Shown: piece after piece, positions 36,110 to 45,373 of the stretch
Layout of the letters: every line of letters starts with the position of its first letter
Position numbering within the stretch: the first letter of the stretch is position 1
From: a virus
Lineage: Duplodnaviria; Caudoviricetes
Reading direction: 5' to 3' (one strand)
Virus record (IMG/VR): IMGVR_UViG_3300020576_002947
Location: 32,001 to 96,000 of that record
DNA length: 64,000 nucleotides
Notes under the pieces: generated by a model
What the model was told of the DNA's origin: nothing
The model's input: the letters and a program-made list of their open reading frames with translations, nothing else
Database searches by the model: none
Made by a program: the position numbers and the translations under genes

Positions 36110-36267
36110 TGGTACCATCCCCTTGTATTAAAAAGTGCATACTTGATAAGGGCGAAGTATGCACTGGCTGCTTTAGAACATTATTTGAGATTGTTAAATG
36201 GTCCTATTATAGTGACGAAGAAAAACAATCGGTATTAGATAGAATACAAAAGAGCAAAGAAGAATGA
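36109..36267 (+). CDS. DUF1289-family small Cys-rich (Fe-S/Zn) protein (52 aa, not in ORF track)
   Basis: SPCIKKC......CTGCFRT..EI..W; TAATG and ATGA overlaps with neighbours. Confidence 0.85.
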   Translation: MVPSPCIKKCILDKGEVCTGCFRTLFEIVKWSYYSDEEKQSVLDRIQKSKEE

Positions 36268-37733
36268 GTTTTACTGATAATGATCTTGACTTTTATATCA
36301 AGACTGAGAGAAACGTATTAATTAGAGGACCTAAAGGGGTTGGTAAAACCCATAAGATTTTGCAGGCTTTTAAAAGAGCTGGCTTAAATTATCTTTACTT
36401 TTCAGCAGCTACTATGGACCCATGGGTTGACTTCATTGGGGTACCAAAAGAAGCAACCGATGAAGATGGGAACACTTATCTTGACCTTGTAAGACCTAAG
36501 CAGTTTGCTAAGGATGAAGTGCAAGCTATATTCCTGGACGAGTTCAATAGAGCACCTAAGAAAGTAAGGAATGCTGTTATGGAGTTATTACAGTTTAAGT
36601 CGATTAATGGATTTAAGTTTAATAACTTAAAGATCATTTGGACTGCTGTTAACCCTAAGGAAGAAGGTGAGGAACAGTACGATGTTGAAGATCTAGATCC
36701 CGCACAGGCTGATAGATTTGAGATCCAGCTTACTGTACCCTATACCTTAAACATTCCCTACTTTACTGAAAAGTACGGTAAGGACACTGCCCTAACTGCC
36801 TCTAACTGGTGGAATGGTCTTAATGAGAAACAAAGACAAGAAGTTTCCCCTAGAAGACTTGATTATGCTTTGAGTGTATGGAGCGATGGTGGGAAGCTAG
36901 AGCATGTTTTGACAAGTACAAGTGATCCTAAGAAACTATCGAAAATGCTTAGTCAGAAGAGCCTCTTTGAAACAATCGAAAAGTTTGTTACAGAAGGTAA
37001 ACTAGAAGCATTGAAAGGAGTGCTTAGTGATCCTAACAACGTAGCATTTGTCAAATCATTTATTCTTAGCAACAAGGACCTAAAGGTTAAGTACACAGGG
37101 ATTTATTGCATGCCTTATGAAACACAGCACTCAATTGTTTCAGGTATGTCCAATACTCAATACACAGAATTTCTAAAAGTACTTGAGAATCTACCTCTTG
37201 ATAAGGAAATCCAGAATATTGTTTATTATACTAAAGACAAGAACTTAGATCTAACAACCAAGCTGTTAGACCAACAAGGTTATATTCCTCCAGCTATACT
37301 AAAGCCTGTTCTTACTCCATGTAGGGGAGATGATTTACAAAGTACTAACTCTAGAAGAGCTTATCTAGGGATTTTAAATGATAATTTTAATACCTTAATT
37401 CCTAGCTCTGAGACTCTTGACCATTGGGATCTAAAAACAGCTGTTCCATTAAATGAAGAGTTGTCATCTATATGTGAGTTTCTTGTACACTACCTAGTGG
37501 TAGCAAGAAGAAGTCATGCCGGCACTGTTAAAGGTGTATTAGGAACTGACAAAACAATTCGGTTGAGGAGAGTACAGGACTTGTTTAAACCAAAAGCTAA
37601 GTATGCTGCCACACTAATTAGCGATCTTAATATTAAAAAGGAAATGTATTACTCAGCTAAAGGTAAGTACTATAATTTCTTTCCTTACACAATTGATGCA
37701 GCTTACTTCTGGAGATCAGATTGGAAGGTCTAA
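36264..37733 (+). CDS. MoxR/dynein-related AAA+ ATPase
   Basis: GPKGVGKT, FLDEFNRA, AVNP, LDPAQADRF, SPRRL. Confidence 0.9.
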   Translation: MSFTDNDLDFYIKTERNVLIRGPKGVGKTHKILQAFKRAGLNYLYFSAATMDPWVDFIGVPKEATDEDGNTYLDLVRPKQFAKDEVQAIFLDEFNRAPKKVRNAVMELLQFKSINGFKFNNLKIIWTAVNPKEEGEEQYDVEDLDPAQADRFEIQLTVPYTLNIPYFTEKYGKDTALTASNWWNGLNEKQRQEVSPRRLDYALSVWSDGGKLEHVLTSTSDPKKLSKMLSQKSLFETIEKFVTEGKLEALKGVLSDPNNVAFVKSFILSNKDLKVKYTGIYCMPYETQHSIVSGMSNTQYTEFLKVLENLPLDKEIQNIVYYTKDKNLDLTTKLLDQQGYIPPAILKPVLTPCRGDDLQSTNSRRAYLGILNDNFNTLIPSSETLDHWDLKTAVPLNEELSSICEFLVHYLVVARRSHAGTVKGVLGTDKTIRLRRVQDLFKPKAKYAATLISDLNIKKEMYYSAKGKYYNFFPYTIDAAYFWRSDWKV

Positions 37734-38983
37734 ACCACGAAGACTATTATACAATGTTAAATAGGCTTGAAGATTATCATGACCTATTTGCATCGTTGTG
37801 GGCTGTAGGCGAGCCTTTATTTACTGATAACTCTAGCGTACCAACAGCTAGAGTTATCAAGTATAAAGACTCTGAGAATATTTCATTACAAATTAATAAG
37901 TCTTACTGGGAATCATTAGATGATTATACCAGGACTTTTTTAATTAGCCATGAGATGCTGCATGTATATCTAAAGCACTTAGTCTTTGGAAAGGAAGATG
38001 ATATTCCAGTACTGACCAACATAGCTATGGACATATCTATTAATCATATGTTATGCAACTCTTTTGGTTTTACCAAGGAGCTTTTGTGTAACTTTGAGGA
38101 GCTTTGCTGGGTAGAGAAATTTTTCCCAGGAGAACAAATAGATAATAATCTAAGTTGGAGGACTTACTATAATCTCTTACTAGAAAAGCTTGGTATAGAT
38201 CCACAAGGTATGCCAACTTATATTCTTCTTGGTAACCATGGTGAAGGGGAAGGTACTGGTGAGAGTTCTGATCAAGGCCAGGGTAAGCAGGAAGAGGACC
38301 CTGAAGGACTAGAGGATATTATTAATGGAATAATGGGGGACTGTTTTGAAACAGATCCTACAGACATTGAATCATTTAGTCAACAAGCAGGTACTACTGC
38401 CGGAAATCTAGCTATTACTGTAAAAGTAGAAGTTAAGAAGAAGCGGAAGTGGGAAACTGTAATTAGTGACTTCGTCAGAAGAGCTGTAAAAGAAACTACT
38501 AATGAGCAGTGGTCCAGAAAAGCTAGAAGAAATAACTTACTTACAAGTGACTTGTTTCTTCCTAGTGATCAGGAAGTTGAAGAGTATGATAAGGATAAGA
38601 TCGAATTATGGTTCTATCAAGATACCTCAGGTTCTTGTTATAGTCTAGCTGAAAGGTTCTTTAAAGCAGCCAGAAGTATTCCTGAAGATAAGTTTATAAT
38701 CAGAACTTTTTGTTTTGACACGAGAGTTTATGATGTAGATTTAAAGACTGGAAAGCTATTTGGATTTGGTGGTACATACTTCCATATTCTTGAACAGCAT
38801 GTTCAGCAGAAGATTAAAGAATATAAAGTTTCTTACCCAAAGGCAATCTTTGTAGTTACCGACGGATACGGGAGTGCTATTAAACCCGAAAAACCAAAAG
38901 CTTGGCATTGGTTTTTATCAACAAATGAAACATACTGTATTGATAAAGACTGTTTTATACATTATCTGAAGGACTTTGAATGA
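37721..38983 (+). CDS. HExxH metallopeptidase-like + VWA domain protein (DUF2201-like)
   Basis: HEMLH, NIAMD..IN, DTSGS MIDAS, GGT, VTDG. Confidence 0.88.
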   Translation: MEGLNHEDYYTMLNRLEDYHDLFASLWAVGEPLFTDNSSVPTARVIKYKDSENISLQINKSYWESLDDYTRTFLISHEMLHVYLKHLVFGKEDDIPVLTNIAMDISINHMLCNSFGFTKELLCNFEELCWVEKFFPGEQIDNNLSWRTYYNLLLEKLGIDPQGMPTYILLGNHGEGEGTGESSDQGQGKQEEDPEGLEDIINGIMGDCFETDPTDIESFSQQAGTTAGNLAITVKVEVKKKRKWETVISDFVRRAVKETTNEQWSRKARRNNLLTSDLFLPSDQEVEEYDKDKIELWFYQDTSGSCYSLAERFFKAARSIPEDKFIIRTFCFDTRVYDVDLKTGKLFGFGGTYFHILEQHVQQKIKEYKVSYPKAIFVVTDGYGSAIKPEKPKAWHWFLSTNETYCIDKDCFIHYLKDFE

Positions 38984-39687
38984 GTGTAATTGCAAGAACA
39001 AACGGAATTCAATATTATGTTATTGCTGATATGCATCTTAGGGATGATGATCTAGGTAAGTGGGGCAGACCTGACGGCTATACTTCTAGGATTGAATCCA
39101 GTCTTAAAAAGTTACCTTCAGACTCTATTTTAATAGACCTTGGTGATGTTGCTTATAGCAATTACATGACAGCAGGCAAGCTAGCTAACACTCTAAAGAA
39201 CTGTCCTGCAAAATTAAAGATTCTTGTTATAGGGAATCATGACGAAAAAAGTTATGAAACCTATATGAACAATGGCTATGACATGGTAGTAAGATGTTTT
39301 TCATTAGAGAACCTTTATTTTACTCATGCTCCAGAACCAGCTGATAGATGGCCGATAGGAACTGAGTATAACATCCACGGACATCTTCATACTAACACAG
39401 AAGACTATGGTTGCTTTGATATGCCTGAAAAACATCCAAGGCATGTATTGTTTTCTGTGGAAGAATGGAACTATAAAGCCGTTCACCTAAATTTCTTCTT
39501 AACTAAGAAAGGTGTAAAGGCCATTAGTGCGTATGATATCCTTCCAGTTATGAAAGGCGATTATGTAGTATTTGAAAGAGGTAATCCAACAGTCTATCAT
39601 AAAGCTGTTTCAAATGTAGATGCTAACTCTTTGGTTAGACGATTAGAGAGTCTAACCGGGAAAAGGCACGCTTATAAGAGGCTCTAG
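38980..39687 (+). CDS. Calcineurin-like metallophosphoesterase
   Basis: ADMH, LGD, GNHD, TH.P, HGHLH. Confidence 0.9.
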   Translation: MSVIARTNGIQYYVIADMHLRDDDLGKWGRPDGYTSRIESSLKKLPSDSILIDLGDVAYSNYMTAGKLANTLKNCPAKLKILVIGNHDEKSYETYMNNGYDMVVRCFSLENLYFTHAPEPADRWPIGTEYNIHGHLHTNTEDYGCFDMPEKHPRHVLFSVEEWNYKAVHLNFFLTKKGVKAISAYDILPVMKGDYVVFERGNPTVYHKAVSNVDANSLVRRLESLTGKRHAYKRL

Positions 39688-39730
39688 TTATATATAGGCA
39701 CCTTTGGTACGGTGCCCAAGAAAGGCTAAA

Positions 39731-40369
39731 ATGGATCATTTTAACATTGATTGGACACCTGTCATTGCCGCTGTTGGAGGCTTAATCTCTGGATTAGGCG
39801 CATTTGCAATTTCATGGCTTCGCTCAAAGTATCTGAATAAGAAACCCCCTATCACCTCAGCAGATTTACTGTTAGGGGTCTATGAGGTATTTGACGAGCT
39901 GTCTAGTCACTGTTCACATATGAAATCTGATAGAGGTTTAATACTTTACACCTCAAATGGTGGTGGTATTCCTAAAGCCGCTTCAATTGTAAATACTACT
40001 GTTCTTTATGAAGTAGTGCAGAATCATAGTCTAGAGCCTGTTAGATCAACCTTCCAGCATATAGCCTTAGATGAAGCATATGCTCATATGCTGCGAGAAG
40101 TTATTTTAAATGGGTATGTGTTTGGAAGAACAGAGGATCTAAAACCTGGCTTCCTTAAGTATCAATACGCTAAGGAAGGTGTTAAATGGTTTTATATATG
40201 GCAGATCCTAGTAACAGAAGATCGTTATTACTATGGTTCTATGATATGGTTAAATGAAAAGGATGTACCGGAGTTTGACGATCTTCATTCAACCACTCAG
40301 ATTACTACAAGCCTTATAAGCAATACACTAGTTAAAAGTTTAGAAGTCGAAAAGAATATTAATCAATAA
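39731..40369 (+). CDS. Membrane-anchored protein with GAF-like soluble domain (holin-like candidate)
   Basis: One N-terminal TM (VIAAVGGLISGLGAFAISWL), then DR.LI...SNGG...YEV. Confidence 0.45.
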   Translation: MDHFNIDWTPVIAAVGGLISGLGAFAISWLRSKYLNKKPPITSADLLLGVYEVFDELSSHCSHMKSDRGLILYTSNGGGIPKAASIVNTTVLYEVVQNHSLEPVRSTFQHIALDEAYAHMLREVILNGYVFGRTEDLKPGFLKYQYAKEGVKWFYIWQILVTEDRYYYGSMIWLNEKDVPEFDDLHSTTQITTSLISNTLVKSLEVEKNINQ

Positions 40370-41024
40370 AGATTCCTTCTAACTTCTTTCTAAGAGTTTT
40401 AGTCATTCTAACCTTTCTACCAAGTAGAATAAGTTTTACTACTTCTAACTCTTTAGGTGTACATACTTGTAGAATAGATATCTCAGTTAGTACGCTACTA
40501 TAAACGTTTTCATGGCTTTCGTCATGAACTTCCTTTGAGTCTTCATAAGGAATAACTTTATTATTATTACTATTCTTTATCATCTCTTCAACGAGATCAT
40601 GAAGTTTGATAATGATAGTACTAGCTAAATTACTTTCAGTTGATTGAATTGCTTGACGAATAGCAAGATCCATTGTTGCTACAATTTCATCAGAACCATA
40701 AATTGATAACTCTTTCTTTAATGCAGTAGCTACATTGATAAGAGGTGTTTTAGTTGAACAGAAATATCTTAGAAAAGATTGCTCAAAACTAGATTTAAAG
40801 TTATACTTCCCAGTCAGCAAAATTCTGACAAGACCCTTCCCAAGATTATAAAATCTTTGTACAAGCTCCTCCTCAGCTTCTTTGGATGACAAATTGTTGA
40901 TCCACCTGTATTCGTGAAGCTCAATTTGATTACCCTTAGTTCGACTGAGCAGAGGGTCGATCTCCCCCTGCTCAAATCGTTGCGTAGTCTTGTATTTATT
41001 TTTTATAAGTTTTTTCTCTGCCAT
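40359..41024 (-). CDS. Sigma-factor-like protein (degenerate)
   Basis: EAEEELVQRFYNL...LV (region 2-like) and TPKELEVVKLILLG (region 4-like, truncated). Confidence 0.4.
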   Translation of the reverse strand: MAEKKLIKNKYKTTQRFEQGEIDPLLSRTKGNQIELHEYRWINNLSSKEAEEELVQRFYNLGKGLVRILLTGKYNFKSSFEQSFLRYFCSTKTPLINVATALKKELSIYGSDEIVATMDLAIRQAIQSTESNLASTIIIKLHDLVEEMIKNSNNNKVIPYEDSKEVHDESHENVYSSVLTEISILQVCTPKELEVVKLILLGRKVRMTKTLRKKLEGIFID

Positions 41025-42060
41025 GAGTAGTTGGTATTTGTAGCACAGGCCTGACGGCCTTGGCGACAAAAGGGTTCAAAGTCTTTACTTTTCCATCTAT
41101 TAACCTACGCTCTTCTGGGAATACAGCTCCATCATGTAGAAGCATATCTACAGTTAAATCAACGTCTAAGTATAGATTAATGTAGTCAAAGTCTTTGATT
41201 TCTACTACTACGTCGAAAGCAGATGGAAAAGTTCTTTCTAATTTTGTCTTTCTTCCACCATTTAGTTTAGCATTTTCATCACTAATAGCAACGTCTTTGA
41301 CACCACCTAGAAGATGTTTCAAAGTTTTGTTGTCTACTACGTCTTGAAGAACATTGCCATGGCATGTTGCCAGGATCTGAACTCCACGTCGTCCTATTGT
41401 TAAAACAGAGTCCACTTCCTTTAGATCAGAAATTTCATCTACGATAATAACATTTGGCAAGTGATTCTCAACAGCCTCAAGTAAAACTTGGTCTTGAGTC
41501 CTTCCTTGTGGGACAGGCATCTTCCTAGCTCTACCAACTGAGGCATGAGGAATATTTCCAGAACCAGCTATCTCATCGGAAGTATCAACAATGATGACAT
41601 TGCGATTCTTCTCTATAGATAGATAGTTACTGCAGGATCTTAGAAGACTAGTCTTACCTGAGCCAGGTCGTCCTACAATAAGGATGCTCTTACCTTGATC
41701 AAGAAGATCTTGAATGAGCTTCTCACTTCCAGGAATCGGTTTTCCAATCCTACAAGTAAGTCCTATAACAGTGTGACCATCTCTAGCAATTATCCTAGAA
41801 ATCCTGTGTAGACAACCGTCTAAACCAGCTCGGTTGTCTGGTCCAAAATTAGTTAGATTTTTACATACATTATCGATGTCTCTTTGTGTAATGATTACAT
41901 CTGAATATTCTATTACACCGTCAGGATAGCGAAGTTGAAAAGGTCTACCAAGGTCCATAACGACCTCAATTAAATCATCTTCTTTTTCAATCAGTGCTTG
42001 GAATTTAGATCCTAGTGCGCGGTAAAGGTCTCGTAATTGATCCATATAGCGAATGCTCAT
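40996..42060 (-). CDS. Ycf45/SpoIIIAA-family AAA ATPase
   Basis: EVVMDLGR, DNRAG..G.LHRIS, GRPGSGKT, VDTSDEIAG, EAVENH.P..IIVDEI, HG. Confidence 0.9.
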   Translation of the reverse strand: MSIRYMDQLRDLYRALGSKFQALIEKEDDLIEVVMDLGRPFQLRYPDGVIEYSDVIITQRDIDNVCKNLTNFGPDNRAGLDGCLHRISRIIARDGHTVIGLTCRIGKPIPGSEKLIQDLLDQGKSILIVGRPGSGKTSLLRSCSNYLSIEKNRNVIIVDTSDEIAGSGNIPHASVGRARKMPVPQGRTQDQVLLEAVENHLPNVIIVDEISDLKEVDSVLTIGRRGVQILATCHGNVLQDVVDNKTLKHLLGGVKDVAISDENAKLNGGRKTKLERTFPSAFDVVVEIKDFDYINLYLDVDLTVDMLLHDGAVFPEERRLIDGKVKTLNPFVAKAVRPVLQIPTTHGREKTYKK

Positions 42061-42353
42061 TTATTTATTGACCGGTACAGAGCGCCAACAATAGCACACT
42101 CATCTCCGAAACTCCAGTCAACTGTTTCAGGAGTTTCAGATATATGGTCATAAGTATGGATTAGTAGATAACTGTTAAAACCTTCTTTAGCTAACTCTCT
42201 AAGTATAAGTTCTATCATTACTATTCTTGGATCGTTTCTTTTTAAGGAAATATCTGGAGCATTATCAAGTAATTCGTCTTCGAATCTTTGTATAAAGCTA
42301 TCAAACTCATCATCGTTTTCAAAATTGAATTCACTATCTTCGTTATCATGCAT
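42057..42353 (-). CDS. Acidic hypothetical protein
   Basis: Strong SD (GAGGGGGTGA) upstream; coupled to Ycf45 gene. Confidence 0.6.
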   Translation of the reverse strand: MHDNEDSEFNFENDDEFDSFIQRFEDELLDNAPDISLKRNDPRIVMIELILRELAKEGFNSYLLIHTYDHISETPETVDWSFGDECAIVGALYRSINK

Positions 42354-42519
42354 ATTGTTATCACCCCCTCTAGGTTAAAATTTAATAGGAATGCTATACA
42401 GAGCAGTCCAATTATAACAGTACCCGTCTAACCTAAATAGAGCTTTAGGCTTGAAGTATACAAATAAAATCTTTACCAATTAATAATGTAAATAAAATTT
42501 AAAGGTAACACCGAATAAA
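42354..42519. promoter_or_regulatory. Divergent AT-rich intergenic region (probable bidirectional promoters)
   Basis: Strand switch point; small inverted repeat CCTAAA/TTTAGG; no clean -35/-10 pair identified. Confidence 0.5.
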
Positions 42520-42882
42520 ATGATTGAACAAGAACTTAGAGACTGTCTAAAAAATTACGAAAGTCTTATTATTGAAATACTAGAACTGGATCAGAAAATC
42601 AATGTGACTCAAGCTAAGCAGCTAGAAGCAAAAGATAAGTACGATTCCGCTAGACAAGCAATCCTTCTCAAGTATGCTGAGAATCCTAAGGAATTAGGCG
42701 GCAATGAGCATGCTCGTAACGCAAAGATTGCTGAACTGATTAAGGATGAGCAGGCTGCTGTTACAGCACGAACTGACGACTTAACTTGTCGCACAAACGA
42801 ACTAGCCTCAAAAACTAGAATGTTAAGGTCACTAGAGTTTAGACGAGATATCCTAATAGCTATCGCGTCTAGTACCAAGTAA
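42520..42882 (+). CDS. Coiled-coil hypothetical protein
   Basis: G.N...R.A motif between two helices. Confidence 0.6.
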   Translation: MIEQELRDCLKNYESLIIEILELDQKINVTQAKQLEAKDKYDSARQAILLKYAENPKELGGNEHARNAKIAELIKDEQAAVTARTDDLTCRTNELASKTRMLRSLEFRRDILIAIASSTK

Positions 42883-42918
42883 TAATTTTGAATAAATTGT
42901 TACATTACAAAAGAGCTA

Positions 42919-43323
42919 ATGAATACACTACTCTCAACAATCGCAATCGCTTCAACTCTTACATCAGGGATTGATGCTCCTGGAACTCGTTCCATCGACA
43001 CTGTTATCACACCTACCAAGATCACTGTTACGTATCTTAGGGATGGTCATGATAACTACGCTGCTATTACTGCTCCACTGTACACTATTGCAGGGACAGA
43101 TAATCGGCTCAAGATCGTATCTTTCGGAGCTGCGGACAGACTGAATACTCAGTATAGGCTTTATGTCGGTACAGGTTTGAGTTACGAGTTTGTTCGGACA
43201 GACAATATTAATCTTAGTCTCATCGCGGGTTGGAAGGGCTTCAATGTCTCTGACAACTTTAGATTGAGTGATAATGACCGAGCCTGGGTATTTGGCGTTG
43301 GTCTTTCATTTAAGATTGATTAA
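42919..43323 (+). CDS. Secreted/outer-membrane beta-barrel-like protein
   Basis: N-terminal hydrophobic signal-like segment; amphipathic strands YVGTGLSYEF and WVFGVGLSFKI. Confidence 0.55.
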   Translation: MNTLLSTIAIASTLTSGIDAPGTRSIDTVITPTKITVTYLRDGHDNYAAITAPLYTIAGTDNRLKIVSFGAADRLNTQYRLYVGTGLSYEFVRTDNINLSLIAGWKGFNVSDNFRLSDNDRAWVFGVGLSFKID

Positions 43324-43374
43324 TTAAAAAAAATAAGATTGACTAGGTAACTAGTCGTTATTTCATGTCAACTG

Positions 43375-43402
43375 GGGCCTCGAAAGAGGCCCTCTTTTTT
43401 TC
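43375..43402 (+). terminator. Intrinsic terminator
   Basis: GGGCCTC-GAAA-GAGGCCC followed by TCTTTTTTT. Confidence 0.85.
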
Positions 43403-43407
43403 TTATT

Positions 43408-43614
43408 ATGGATAATTCCGGTTATTACAAAAAGTATGAGGTTTTCAAGCTCTCTCCCTATATGAGAGTTGAGGGCCGCACATTCGTTCTTGAGATTGAC
43501 AAGGACCCTGACTCTATTGCTATTCTTCGCGGTATTGCAAACTCACTTAGCCCTGAGCGTATTGCTCTAAAGGCTGACCTACTGAAGTTTGCCAATCAGT
43601 TTGAAAGCAACTAA
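43408..43614 (+). CDS. Small phage hypothetical protein
   Basis: KY.V.K...FVL...KDP pattern. Confidence 0.6.
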   Translation: MDNSGYYKKYEVFKLSPYMRVEGRTFVLEIDKDPDSIAILRGIANSLSPERIALKADLLKFANQFESN

Positions 43615-43620
43615 CTATGT

Positions 43621-43636
43621 GGGGCCGAAAGGCCCC
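43621..43636 (+). promoter_or_regulatory. GC-rich hairpin with GAAA loop, no U-tract
   Basis: GGGGCC-GAAA-GGCCCC. Confidence 0.55.
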
Positions 43637-43651
43637 TAAATTATAAATATT

Positions 43652-43843
43652 ATGCCTAAATATAAAATTATTGTAATGAGGACTGTATCAACAAATAACT
43701 TCATTACAATCGATATTGACGCTGACAATGTTAAACAAGCAGAAAATCTAGCCATTGCTAGAGCAGATAAACTAGCATGGCCTGAACTAACAGGCGTTGT
43801 TAGCTATGATGCTTGGAGGTGTTCTTTAATTGATCCCGACTGA
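43652..43843 (+). CDS. Hypothetical protein
   Basis: I.A.....A...A motif common in small phage proteins. Confidence 0.6.
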   Translation: MPKYKIIVMRTVSTNNFITIDIDADNVKQAENLAIARADKLAWPELTGVVSYDAWRCSLIDPD

Positions 43844-44180
43844 ATATGAACTAAACGTTCTTGTCAGGAAGCTAAAAGAAGATCATCAAACCTCTTTAAA
43901 AGAGTATAGCTTTTGGGAGAACGAGTCAGCTAAACTGGAAATAGAAGCAGTTAGACTGAAGAAAGAAGCTGATTTTATTCTTGACACTATAGATGATTTA
44001 GATTACGAAGTTTCAGAAGCTACATCAAAATTGGATCTTCTAGATTCACGCATTTGTGGTTTAGAGGAGGAGCTTAGTAATTGTATTGTTCAAGCTCAGG
44101 AATGGGCTTATGATCTAGAATCTTTTTATACTTATGAAGAATTAGAAGCTGCAGGACAACTGAAGCTCTTTTCGATTTGA
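43830..44180 (+). CDS. Coiled-coil hypothetical protein
   Basis: ORF in array; ends GQLKLF. Confidence 0.55.
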   Translation: MIPTEYELNVLVRKLKEDHQTSLKEYSFWENESAKLEIEAVRLKKEADFILDTIDDLDYEVSEATSKLDLLDSRICGLEEELSNCIVQAQEWAYDLESFYTYEELEAAGQLKLFSI

Positions 44181-44497
44181 ATATGGAAATGCAAGAAACG
44201 ACAAGACTAGATCTTTCCCAATTTAAAAACTACACCACTGAACCTTGGAACGTTTTAATTAACAACGCATACAATATCAGCTATATTATTAGGGGTGGCA
44301 AATTACAAAACAAAATTGCTCAAGTATTTAATTGGCAAGACCAAGGTATGGACTGTAATGCAGAAGAGAATGCCAACTTAATTGCTGCAGCCCCTCTTCT
44401 ATTAAAAGAATGTTTATTGTTAAGAGAGGAGCTTGATCGTATGATCGCTTCTGAAGTTTTACGTAAACAAACATTAGAATCTTTGTGGGAAGAATAG
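44177..44497 (+). CDS. Phage hypothetical protein (T..PW / NA.LIAAAP family)
   Basis: TTEPW...ENANLIAAAPLLL. Confidence 0.7.
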   Translation: MNMEMQETTRLDLSQFKNYTTEPWNVLINNAYNISYIIRGGKLQNKIAQVFNWQDQGMDCNAEENANLIAAAPLLLKECLLLREELDRMIASEVLRKQTLESLWEE

Positions 44498-44498
44498 A

Positions 44499-44978
44499 AT
44501 GAGTCCATCAAAACAAGAATTAATAGCACAAAAAAGAAGAGAGCTTGAAGAGCTCGAAAATGATATCAATACTAATCAACTTTCAGAAATAGCTGATAAA
44601 CTTAGAGAGGCCTTCCCACAGATACAGTTTACAATAGAACCTGCTTATGAGGATATAACTGCTGTTTTAGTACCTACTAACCTAAGTATTAAGTTTCCAT
44701 TTAATATTGAGTTAGTTCTAACAGTAGAAATAGAAGATGAAGAATATGTATCAGCTACTATTTGTAGTTCAATTACAGGTGAAGATGTTTTTGAAGATAG
44801 TGATACTTTAGATAATATTATTCAAGCTTTAAAAGATTTTTATGTAGATTACTCGTCTACGACTACTCCAGTATGGTATGAAAATGACCAAGAGATTACT
44901 GAAGAGGAGAGTTGTAGTACAGTTCAATACTTCTACTATCCATTTATAGATAAGCTAATTAAGCAAGAGCAAGAATGA
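44499..44978 (+). CDS. Acidic hypothetical protein, paralog of 53209..53718
   Basis: N-terminal KRRELEEL coil; SATIC...GEDV. Confidence 0.6.
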   Translation: MSPSKQELIAQKRRELEELENDINTNQLSEIADKLREAFPQIQFTIEPAYEDITAVLVPTNLSIKFPFNIELVLTVEIEDEEYVSATICSSITGEDVFEDSDTLDNIIQALKDFYVDYSSTTTPVWYENDQEITEEESCSTVQYFYYPFIDKLIKQEQE

Positions 44979-45373
44979 CACTAACGCAATTTGAGGAAGT
45001 AACACGTTATTTATTAACGACATTTGGTAAGGCTGATGGTATTGGAGGAGGGTCTTGGGTATGGGATCACAGACAATTCTCTATATGCGCATCACTAGAG
45101 TATAGAAAAGACTTTTTTAAGCCAGGTATTTCCATGTTTTATAACTCTCCTACTGATGAAAAAGGAAGAGATCGATTTATAGGAGAGGAATGGGTTGACA
45201 CTGACTGGTTTATTGAAAGAGACTTGGAAAAGTTTATTGAAGAATACCAGCCAAAACCACTAAACTATAGAAAGGTAGTAATCCAGGTAGATCTAGAAGT
45301 ACCTGAAGATATGAAGATTGATCTAACTAAAACTAGCCCAATAGAGCTCGTTAGACAGTACGGAGTTAAATAA
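44975..45373 (+). CDS. Hypothetical protein
   Basis: ATGA-coupled ORF. Confidence 0.55.
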   Translation: MTLTQFEEVTRYLLTTFGKADGIGGGSWVWDHRQFSICASLEYRKDFFKPGISMFYNSPTDEKGRDRFIGEEWVDTDWFIERDLEKFIEEYQPKPLNYRKVVIQVDLEVPEDMKIDLTKTSPIELVRQYGVK

